This document shows positions 26,484 to 33,293 of a DNA stretch of 33,293 nt, one piece after another. Each line of letters opens with the position of its first letter. The stretch's first letter is position 1. A program made the translations under genes and the position numbers. Origin of the DNA: a virus (Duplodnaviria; Caudoviricetes); IMG/VR virus record IMGVR_UViG_3300032237_000969, positions 1-33,293 of that record. The stretch is one strand, 5' to 3'. The notes under the pieces are model-generated. The model was not told the DNA's origin, searched no databases, and was given only the letters and a program-made list of their open reading frames with translations.

Positions 26484-27785
26484 TTATCCAGCAGGTTTAA
26501 ATTTAACTCCAAGTGCTTTGTTACGAGCAGTGTCAGATTGTCTTGCCGTAGCAAGTTTCTTAGCAGCATTAGCAGCATCAGATTTCTTATATGCACCAGC
26601 AAATAAAGATCTTCCAACTCTTTCTAATGGATTAGAAGAAGTTTTTGCAAGAGACTGAGCACTTGGTCCTGCTTTATAAACTGCTTTACCACCTTTGAAT
26701 GCAAGATTTCCGGCAACAGATTGTCCACCTCTTTGAACTACACCAGTCTTAGCAAGTTGAACAGTTGATCTTTGCTTACCAACACCAGTTGACATAAATG
26801 CTGGGCCACCTGGTTTTTTCTGACTAAAACTAGTTTGACCACCAATACCTTTAACTGATGTTCCTGCCTGACGTTGACGATTTGCAGTTGCCATTGCTTT
26901 TCTTTCTTTTGCATTTGCACCAGCAACAGTATCAAATGCCTTCTCAGCAGCAGCACCACCCGCTAAAGCACCGGCAGTTCCAAGTACGGCACTACCAACA
27001 CCACCACCACCAATTGCACCGGCAGTACCACCAAGAACACCACCAGCAGCAACTGTAGCACCTTTTGCCAATGATCTTGCCCATCCAGAACCTTTTGATC
27101 TTTCATCTGCAGTAGATAATGCAGTATCAAGTGCTGCAGATGCTGGACCTGCAAGTTTTCCAATCTTTGCAAATTTTCCTGCAGTTTTTCCTCCAGGAAC
27201 ATTCATATTAGTACGAATTTTCTGTGGATTTGATTTTGATCCTACTGGTGCAGATGGGGTAGATGTAGGTCTTATTGCTAATGGACCACCTTTAGTGGTG
27301 GATGAACTAGATCCAACATTCCTATAAGGTTTTGGTTCTCTGGTATTAGATGGTGAACCACCAGAAATCGAAGGAGAAGTACTAGAAGTAGCATTAACTG
27401 TTGATGGTTTAAATGCTGATGGAGTTGCAGGAGTTGGTGCTGCAGGACCACTTGATGGTCTTCCACCAGGAATAACTTTACCTTGAACACGAGTACGACG
27501 ACCAGATGGTAAAGAAGGTCGTGTAAGTGGACTTGGTGGAGTTGCAGTACCTCTTACACTGGATCCAGGAACATTAGTAGTTGTTCCTTGTGGTCTAAAT
27601 TGTGTTGAAGGATTGGCAGCAGCACCTGTTGGAACTCTCGCTGCTCTTCTTGCTGCTGCGTCTGCTTCTTTAGCATCTTGTGCTGCTTTTACATCTTCAT
27701 AAGAAGGAGCGTTAGATCTTGCTTTTTTTGCTGGTCTTTCTTCACTAAAATATGATTCATTTAAAAACTGATTAAAAGACTTCAT
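26484..27785 (-). CDS. Low-complexity Ala/Gly/Ser/Pro-rich basic protein, candidate capsid-internal protein
   Basis: N-terminus MKSFNQFLNE resembles the T4 capsid-targeting sequence. It has its own late promoter TATAAATA (27809-16) and a downstream terminator. Confidence 0.65.
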   Translation of the reverse strand: MKSFNQFLNESYFSEERPAKKARSNAPSYEDVKAAQDAKEADAAARRAARVPTGAAANPSTQFRPQGTTTNVPGSSVRGTATPPSPLTRPSLPSGRRTRVQGKVIPGGRPSSGPAAPTPATPSAFKPSTVNATSSTSPSISGGSPSNTREPKPYRNVGSSSSTTKGGPLAIRPTSTPSAPVGSKSNPQKIRTNMNVPGGKTAGKFAKIGKLAGPASAALDTALSTADERSKGSGWARSLAKGATVAAGGVLGGTAGAIGGGGVGSAVLGTAGALAGGAAAEKAFDTVAGANAKERKAMATANRQRQAGTSVKGIGGQTSFSQKKPGGPAFMSTGVGKQRSTVQLAKTGVVQRGGQSVAGNLAFKGGKAVYKAGPSAQSLAKTSSNPLERVGRSLFAGAYKKSDAANAAKKLATARQSDTARNKALGVKFKPAG

Positions 27786-27831
27786 TTCTTTCGTATATGC
27801 TTTTTAGTTATTTATAAAATCCTGTAGAAAC

Positions 27832-27866
27832 AAAAAATACCGGAAAAATTTTTCCCAGTATTTTTG
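27832..27866. terminator. Probable bidirectional terminator
   Basis: Imperfect inverted repeat AAAAATAC-CGGAAAA...TTTTCCCA-GTATTTTT just past the stop of 27870-28244. Confidence 0.55.
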
Positions 27867-27869
27867 TAA

Positions 27870-28244
27870 TCATTTTCTCCTTTTAGTTTCTGGTGGTTTA
27901 TATCCCCAAAGTCTAGGATTCACTTTACCATCAGTCCATTCGATCGATTGAATACAATTTCCAAACTTATCATAATACATATCAAAAAGACTTACTTGTT
28001 TACCTGCTCTGACAAGATCATAACAACTAGTATCATCAATTATATAATTGACTAAGTATGTATCACGAGGCAATTGATTATCTTTTGCATCGTCTTTCAA
28101 ACATTTTTCTTTTATAATTTCACATCCATAGCGAGATTTAGAAGTTTCTTTGTCTTGATTTGACCAAACTTCACCTATACTCTCTGTAGTAGATGCTGTA
28201 TCTTGTTTTTCTGACATTTTATCATTTTTAGTTTTATTTTCCAA
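27870..28244 (-). CDS. Conserved cyanophage hypothetical protein
   Basis: 'LPRDTYLV.Y...YDLVR...LFDMYYDKFG...I.WT.G.VNPRLWGY'; exact start uncertain. Confidence 0.7.
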   Translation of the reverse strand: MENKTKNDKMSEKQDTASTTESIGEVWSNQDKETSKSRYGCEIIKEKCLKDDAKDNQLPRDTYLVNYIIDDTSCYDLVRAGKQVSLFDMYYDKFGNCIQSIEWTDGKVNPRLWGYKPPETKRRK

Positions 28245-28246
28245 AT

Positions 28247-28855
28247 TTATCCTCTATTGCCCCATTGAATATCAGGATATGCTTCTGCAACAATTTCCTT
28301 AGTAATTTTGTATTTTGTATCAAGTTTTTTATCTTTTACGAGACAAAGAATTTCTGCCTCTAATGGATGAAGTCCTTGAAGAATATTAATGAACATACTC
28401 TCTCTACGCAGAGAACTTAATCCATCATTTCCACCTTTTATAAAATTATAAAATTTTTGATATTCTTTACGAATTGTTGATCTTCCTTGATCTTGAGAAC
28501 CAAGAGAATTTGATCCCATTTCATCCATTTTACTTACAGCATCTTCAATTTTTTCAGATAAAGTTCCACTGAAAGAATTTTGTTCACTTGTTGCAGCATA
28601 AGGAACATCTCCAGTAGGAAGAATTGAAACAATACTTTCATCAAAATTCCAGATGAAAATTGCTTTCAAAGATGAATGTTCATATTTACGTAGAACTTCT
28701 ACCTTTTTTACATTTGAACGTTGTTTTGATGCTAGATTTAAAACTTCAAAAATAAAAGGATTTGCTGGAAGTTCTTCAATTGGATTATCAACAGGATTTG
28801 CTGCTGTTACTGTTTTTGGTTTACTAATTGTCTTCTTCTGTGTCGTCATATTCAT
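28247..28855 (-). CDS. Conserved T4-like phage hypothetical protein
   Basis: 'IFEVL..ASKQR...KKVEVL...IWNFDES...LP.G.VPY...RRESMFI.IL.GLHP.EAE'; start uncertain (28849-28870). Confidence 0.75.
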   Translation of the reverse strand: MNMTTQKKTISKPKTVTAANPVDNPIEELPANPFIFEVLNLASKQRSNVKKVEVLRKYEHSSLKAIFIWNFDESIVSILPTGDVPYAATSEQNSFSGTLSEKIEDAVSKMDEMGSNSLGSQDQGRSTIRKEYQKFYNFIKGGNDGLSSLRRESMFINILQGLHPLEAEILCLVKDKKLDTKYKITKEIVAEAYPDIQWGNRG

Positions 28856-29051
28856 AGTCGATATTTTCAAAACGGAATGCTATGACCTCATCAGGAATAA
28901 GATTACCCTGATTATCAAACATCTCGGGATGAGGTCTTGGAATTTCCCGATAGTTCATCATATACTCTCTGGCAACCCAACCAGTTACTAGTCCCACTAT
29001 AAGAAATAATACGGTTAAAAATGAACCGAATACTAGACTGATAGCTAACAT
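28824..29051 (-). CDS. Small membrane protein, conserved hypothetical
   Basis: N-terminal hydrophobic helix followed by 'HPEMFD..GNLIPDEVIAFRFEN'. Confidence 0.7.
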   Translation of the reverse strand: MLAISLVFGSFLTVLFLIVGLVTGWVAREYMMNYREIPRPHPEMFDNQGNLIPDEVIAFRFENIDYEYDDTEEDN

Positions 29052-29069
29052 TTATTTTTCTCCGGGAAA

Positions 29070-29255
29070 CTACTTTTTTCTTAAAATAAAAGAAAATTCA
29101 AAATAGATGGTTACTTCCCGTTTTAGAAAGCAAATCATCTTTTCAAAGATGATATGAAATGGATAGGTCTGCTTTCTTTTTCCTCCATAGAGCATAAGTT
29201 CAACACCACGATTCATACCATGATGTTCAGATTTATTTATGTTCTTATCAGACAA
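29070..29255 (-). CDS. Hypothetical protein
   Basis: 61-aa ORF overlapping the glutaredoxin stop; contains 'NRGVELML'. Confidence 0.6.
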   Translation of the reverse strand: MSDKNINKSEHHGMNRGVELMLYGGKRKQTYPFHIIFEKMICFLKREVTIYFEFSFILRKK

Positions 29256-29484
29256 TTTGATTCTCTTTTAAAAACTTAACTGTATCAATACATCCACCAA
29301 GTTTTTTATCATCACAAATAACTTGTGGAAAAGTAGAACTTTCGCCAAACTCAGAGAAAAATTCTTCTTTAGTAAAATCTTCCCCTAAAGTATATACTAC
29401 AAAATTACTTCCCGTTAGTTCAAGAACAGTTTTAACTTTGTAACAATAAGGACAATCTTGTTTAGAATAAACTGCAAAATTCAT
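29248..29484 (-). CDS. nrdC: Glutaredoxin
   Basis: CPYC active site, 'TFPQV' and 'GG' motifs; 78 aa. Confidence 0.9.
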   Translation of the reverse strand: MNFAVYSKQDCPYCYKVKTVLELTGSNFVVYTLGEDFTKEEFFSEFGESSTFPQVICDDKKLGGCIDTVKFLKENQIV

Positions 29485-29565
29485 AATTGTTTAATATTTA
29501 AAGTAATTTATACAACAAAAAAATAAACTTTTCTTGAAGTTCTAAGCAATTATCAAGAAGTTAAT

Positions 29566-29594
29566 ATTATATCAGATTTATAATTGTGTGTCAA
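29566..29594 (-). promoter_or_regulatory. Consensus sigma70-type promoter upstream of the glutaredoxin gene cluster
   Basis: TTGACA-N17-TATAAT, an exact match. Confidence 0.8.
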
Positions 29595-29772
29595 TAGGTT
29601 TTTCCCATTCAGTTCCGTCTTGAACCATACCATTACCATCTCTTGTATTAGATTTATATCCATCATCAATCATTTCTTCTAATGTTGGTTCTTCTATTGC
29701 ATTCCAAGGTATTTGCTATTATATGTCCACTTTACTTTTAAGCGTATTCATCAAGGGGATGATGGAGAATTA

Positions 29773-30363
29773 CTATGAAATAATATCAATAAATCTCAAA
29801 GGAAGATTACAACTTCTTGCGAGTTCAATCAGTTGTTCTTTAAGTTCTTCTGAAATTGGAACTACACTAGTAATTGCTTCCCAAGTATTCTCAAAGTCTC
29901 TAAATGAATCAGTTTCAATCTTCAAAAGAGTTGCAGGAAGTGCTATTGTCGCAATAGGAATAACTAACATCGCAGAAGAAACATAAGCATTCAGAGCAGG
30001 AGAAATTAATGCAGTTCTTTTAAATGTTTCCCAATCGCTAGGAACATCATTGGCGGTTATAAAGTTTCCACTATCATAAGGAGTCTCATCCACACTTCTC
30101 TCTAAAATTACATAACGTCTTTCTGCACGATACCATATTGCCTTATGAGTTTCTCGGTCATAATCATAAGACTCCAAGACATCATTACCATTCTCATCTA
30201 GTTGTCGTGCGACTGGAATACTGATTGGACCTAACCAATTCAGTTGGTTCAGTTGAGTATCAGATAGAGATTGAAGGTCAGTTCTTACTGTTCCGTCTTC
30301 AAATCTCCAGCGGTCTGGAAGTTCTTGGGGAGAACCAAAGGTGGGAGGACTGTAGAGTTTCAT
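29773..30363 (-). CDS. Hypothetical protein, possibly tail-fibre assembly-like
   Basis: 196-aa ORF co-oriented and packed with its neighbours; N-terminal 'PQELPDRWRF.DG.VRTDL'. Confidence 0.6.
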   Translation of the reverse strand: MKLYSPPTFGSPQELPDRWRFEDGTVRTDLQSLSDTQLNQLNWLGPISIPVARQLDENGNDVLESYDYDRETHKAIWYRAERRYVILERSVDETPYDSGNFITANDVPSDWETFKRTALISPALNAYVSSAMLVIPIATIALPATLLKIETDSFRDFENTWEAITSVVPISEELKEQLIELARSCNLPLRFIDIIS

Positions 30364-30369
30364 AATTTT

Positions 30370-30723
30370 TTAGGAATAGATTTTAACTTCTTGTTGTGAT
30401 GAGCAGTAGTAATCATTAATCTGTCTTTTTATTTCTGCTCTTGTATCATTTATTATATAGACTTGTCGTGCTTTGATTATAAACTGGTCGGAGAAGTCTT
30501 GTGATTTCTCGTGAAGTCTTAATTCATCTTCAATATTCCAGAGTTTTGAGTTCACTTCTGAAAGTTGTTCTAGAAAAAGAGTATTATAAACATCATTAGA
30601 TTCTGCAAGAGTTTTTAGAGTTTGAAGTTCTTCTTGAACTTTAGAAGTGTATTGGGATTTGAGTTGAAGAATTGTTATTCGGTCTAGAAGTTCACCGATG
30701 GGAATGGAAATTTTGAGGTTCAT
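30370..30723 (-). CDS. DUF6165-like hypothetical protein; likely start MNLKI at 30723
   Basis: 'IPIGELLDRITILQLK...L.EVN.KLWNIEDELR..E...DF...FI..ARQVY..ND.RA.IKRQIN...S...EVK.Y'. Confidence 0.7.
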   Translation of the reverse strand: MNLKISIPIGELLDRITILQLKSQYTSKVQEELQTLKTLAESNDVYNTLFLEQLSEVNSKLWNIEDELRLHEKSQDFSDQFIIKARQVYIINDTRAEIKRQINDYYCSSQQEVKIYS

Positions 30724-30763
30724 AAAAATTCTGTTACAAAGTACAAGAAACAAAAAACAAAGT

Positions 30764-31234
30764 TCAATAAGTCACACACCGGAAGGCGCGAACAGAGGCC
30801 GCGGTCGACTTACTGGTGCCGCTCGTAAGACCATTATTGAAGTACACGCCGTAAGCATTCGTAGGACTGCGCTCCGTAGAAGACCAATAGTTGGCGGAGG
30901 AGAAAGTGTCCCATTGACTTCTGCAGGAGTATCCTGGATTATTCAGTAGAGCATTACAGGGAACAAACCAATCACAAGGATTAAAACCACAATTGAGTAA
31001 TTGGGTATTTAAACCACTCCACTCACATATACAACACTTATTACCCACTTGAGTACTATTATATTGACCTCCTGCCCAGTTAGAACTTACTTGAGTGCAG
31101 TTTGGAGCAACAATCCAGGCAGTTCCTCCTGCTTTACAAATGATTCTACTTCCATCAGGTAATGTGGTTCCTGTAGGACAAGTTGAAATTAAACTTGACT
31201 GCCACCAAGGAGTTGGTCCGATAATCATTCCCAT
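30764..31234 (-). CDS. Cys-rich DUF1566/C-type-lectin-fold protein, candidate DGR target
   Basis: C-terminal 'W.VP...L...YWSSTE....AY.V.F..G......K......VRAFR' motif; CTAAATA late promoter at 31258-64. Confidence 0.75.
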   Translation of the reverse strand: MGMIIGPTPWWQSSLISTCPTGTTLPDGSRIICKAGGTAWIVAPNCTQVSSNWAGGQYNSTQVGNKCCICEWSGLNTQLLNCGFNPCDWFVPCNALLNNPGYSCRSQWDTFSSANYWSSTERSPTNAYGVYFNNGLTSGTSKSTAASVRAFRCVTY

Positions 31235-31283
31235 AAGAATTTAAAAAGTATTTTAGGTATTTAGGAAAGTGCAAATAGAAACA

Positions 31284-32006
31284 TTAAATTGAAAAACGTG
31301 CTCTCATCGCATTAAAGTTTTGTTTAATTTCTGCTGCGGAGAGTGCTCTGTTGTAAAATTTAAAGGAAGGAATATTTCCATTTACATATAATGAGTTGTT
31401 ATAAGTATATTTTCCAATTGCTGCATCAATATTAGATGGAGTAAAGGTATAATTTGCAGTTCCTGCGGATGCTCCATTTATATAATATATAATATTTCCA
31501 GAGTTATAAGTTACGGATACATTATAAAAAGTATTTGAGGAAAGAGTTTGTGTTGAATATGTATATGTTTGACTAGGAAAAACCTGTAAAAGAATTTTGG
31601 AGTTATAAACTTCAATCTGGTATCCAGATGATCCCGAAGTATTAGTTGTGCTAAAAAATACTTGTTCCGAAGCAATATTGTTAGACTTAAACCAAAAATC
31701 TATAGTAAATATTGTAGAATTATTGATTATTGAATTGTATGAAATATTAATAAAATCATTCACCCCATCAAAACTCAAACTTCCTCCATTAGACCCACTA
31801 TATCCAACACCATTCACAAGAGTTCCAGTATTACCCAAACCACTCAAATCAGTCCAAGTAGTTCCAGAACCTCCATAAGAACTTAAAACTCCAGCATCAA
31901 GATTCAATACTAATCCTGATTGAACTACAACTTTTGTGGAAGCATCTAATCTATTTGCATTTGTGCGATTAGACCAGGCATTTGAAGGACCACCATAACA
32001 ACCCAC
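31284..32006 (-). CDS. LamG/concanavalin A-like lectin-domain protein
   Basis: 'GLVLNLDAG..SY.GSGTTWTDLSG.GN.GTL.NG...LSFDG.ND...YNRALSAAEIKQNFNA.R.RF'. Confidence 0.8.
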   Translation of the reverse strand: MGCYGGPSNAWSNRTNANRLDASTKVVVQSGLVLNLDAGVLSSYGGSGTTWTDLSGLGNTGTLVNGVGYSGSNGGSLSFDGVNDFINISYNSIINNSTIFTIDFWFKSNNIASEQVFFSTTNTSGSSGYQIEVYNSKILLQVFPSQTYTYSTQTLSSNTFYNVSVTYNSGNIIYYINGASAGTANYTFTPSNIDAAIGKYTYNNSLYVNGNIPSFKFYNRALSAAEIKQNFNAMRARFSI

Positions 32007-32007
32007 T

Positions 32008-32259
32008 TTACATTACCTCCATAGGTGCAGACCACTCATCAGTATTCAGAATATCCAACATCTCCTCATAAGTATAATAACCTTGAATGGTTGTAAGACT
32101 TCCAAGACACGATGGTTGCTCTCCGTCCCACTTTATAAACGTCAAATCTCCTGAAGTGCTGGTGCGAACAGTCTCTGCCGAAGTTTCTAATATCTGTGAG
32201 AAATCAATGAGATTGAGTTCTGATGTTGAGAATATACAAAAATTTCTTTCGTCGTACAT
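32008..32259 (-). CDS. Small acidic conserved hypothetical protein
   Basis: 'IDFSQILETS.ETVR.S..G..TFIKW...P...YTYEEML.IL.T.EW'; CTAAATA late promoter at 32274-80. Confidence 0.7.
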   Translation of the reverse strand: MYDERNFCIFSTSELNLIDFSQILETSAETVRTSTSGDLTFIKWDGEQPSCLGSLTTIQGYYTYEEMLDILNTDEWSAPMEVM

Positions 32260-32276
32260 AATAGTTTTTTGAATAT

Positions 32277-32951
32277 TTAGGTGAGACCATAACGACCTTT
32301 AAATGCATTATAGTTTTGTTTGATTTCTGCTGCGGAGAGTGCTCTGTTGTATATAGAGACTTGTGCTATGTTTCCATTAAATGGAGCAACTGTACCAAAT
32401 CTACCAATTTTTAATGTTGCATTTTCAAAATAAAGATTATCCGTTCCAGTACCAACTTCTATACTATCCAGGTATATACTAACTGAATTATCTACTCTTT
32501 TAACACCAACTACATATTTCCAAACATTTGTTGGTATATTACTTGCAGAAACTGCTATATCACTTCCACCCTTCCACCAAGATAATTTAGAATTATTTTC
32601 CCTAAATCCAAATCTATTAGCAGAACTACTATATTGTGTTATTATTCCTCCGACAGTAGTAATCCCCGTACGATTTATCCAAGCAGAAAGAGTATATGGA
32701 TCTGATGAATTACTTGTAGATAACTGATATGATGTTATAGACACATCATCATCAACCCCATCAAAACTCAAAGACCCATAATTGTTTGCACTATATCCCA
32801 CTCCATTCACAAGAGTTCCATTATTTCCATTACCACTTCTATCAAACCAAGTCGTTCCAGATTTTGGATAAGACCTTGCATTTGCCGCATCAAGATATAA
32901 GACTAATCCTGATGTTACTCCCAGTGGTTCTTTTGCTCCGTGCATTAACAT
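32277..32951 (-). CDS. LamG/concanavalin A-like lectin-domain protein
   Basis: 'GLVLYLDAAN..SYP.SGTTW.D.SGNGNNGTLVNG...LSFDG.DD...IYNRALSAAEIKQNYNA.KGRYGL'. Confidence 0.8.
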   Translation of the reverse strand: MLMHGAKEPLGVTSGLVLYLDAANARSYPKSGTTWFDRSGNGNNGTLVNGVGYSANNYGSLSFDGVDDDVSITSYQLSTSNSSDPYTLSAWINRTGITTVGGIITQYSSSANRFGFRENNSKLSWWKGGSDIAVSASNIPTNVWKYVVGVKRVDNSVSIYLDSIEVGTGTDNLYFENATLKIGRFGTVAPFNGNIAQVSIYNRALSAAEIKQNYNAFKGRYGLT

Positions 32952-32976
32952 TTTTTATTTCCTCCTCTTTTTATAT

Positions 32977-33293
32977 TCAAAGACCATAGCGGGACTTGGT
33001 TGCATTATAGTTTTGTTTGATTTCTGATGCGGAGAGTGCTCTGTTGTAGATTGAGACTTGTGAGATGTTGCCTGATAAGTATTCCTGATTATTAAGATTT
33101 CTACCAATCACAACTGGGTTGGTTGTAGGTTGAAAGTTTACACTGCCCGAGACACTACCAAACTGGTCCCCATTTTTATACGAGACAAGAGAACTTCCAT
33201 TATAGACGAATCCATAATTTCCCCACACATTAAGTTGGGAATAAATGGGTAAAGCTAACAATGGAGATCCAGATGATGCCCTAACAATAGCAA
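32977..33293 (-). CDS. LamG/concanavalin A-like lectin-domain protein, 5'-truncated by the window edge
   Basis: The frame is open to position 33293 (AIVRASSGSPLLALPIY...) and ends 'GNISQVSIYNRALSASEIKQNYNATKSRYGL'. Confidence 0.8.
   Translation of the reverse strand, partial: AIVRASSGSPLLALPIYSQLNVWGNYGFVYNGSSLVSYKNGDQFGSVSGSVNFQPTTNPVVIGRNLNNQEYLSGNISQVSIYNRALSASEIKQNYNATKSRYGL

Noticed and set aside
2590-32989. Many short antisense or alternate-frame ORFs in the track (e.g. 12453-12965, 25608-25967, 28653-28991, 30698-30949)
   Set aside because: They overlap well-supported genes and have no recognisable motifs, so they are treated as shadow ORFs.
1-33293. Complete DGR cassette (template repeat, RT, Avd) within the window
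   Set aside because: By eye I found no second copy of the 30764-30905 region and no reverse transcriptase ORF, so only a candidate target is reported.

Overview
A 33.3-kb, AT-rich segment of a T4-like myovirus genome, most likely a cyanophage (Kyanoviridae-like). The assignment rests on gene order and on recognisable gp5, gp26, gp51, gp4, gp2, gp48, gp53, gp32, gp59, gp33, exonuclease, phoH, thyX and glutaredoxin genes, plus TATAAATA/CTAAATA late promoters. Left to right it holds tail-fibre/structural genes, a baseplate-hub/tape-measure block, a head-completion/baseplate block, replication and late-transcription genes, and an accessory region of LamG lectin paralogs. Three things stand out. 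(1) All four free-standing GIY-YIG-like homing endonuclease loci (one is a pseudogene) have the same ~100-bp leader: late promoter, short RNA whose 5' part is antisense to the endonuclease 5'UTR, terminator-like hairpin, second late promoter, then the endonuclease gene. The antisense/target pairs differ at each locus but stay complementary. (2) A T-TTT-TTC -1 slippery site would fuse gp26 in frame to a small gp51 ORF just upstream of the tape-measure-like genes, like the lambda gpG/gpGT arrangement. (3) A DUF1566/C-type-lectin-like gene has a GC-rich 3' end with the codon signature of a diversity-generating retroelement variable region; I found no template or RT in the window. All family names come from my own motif recognition; no database searches were run.
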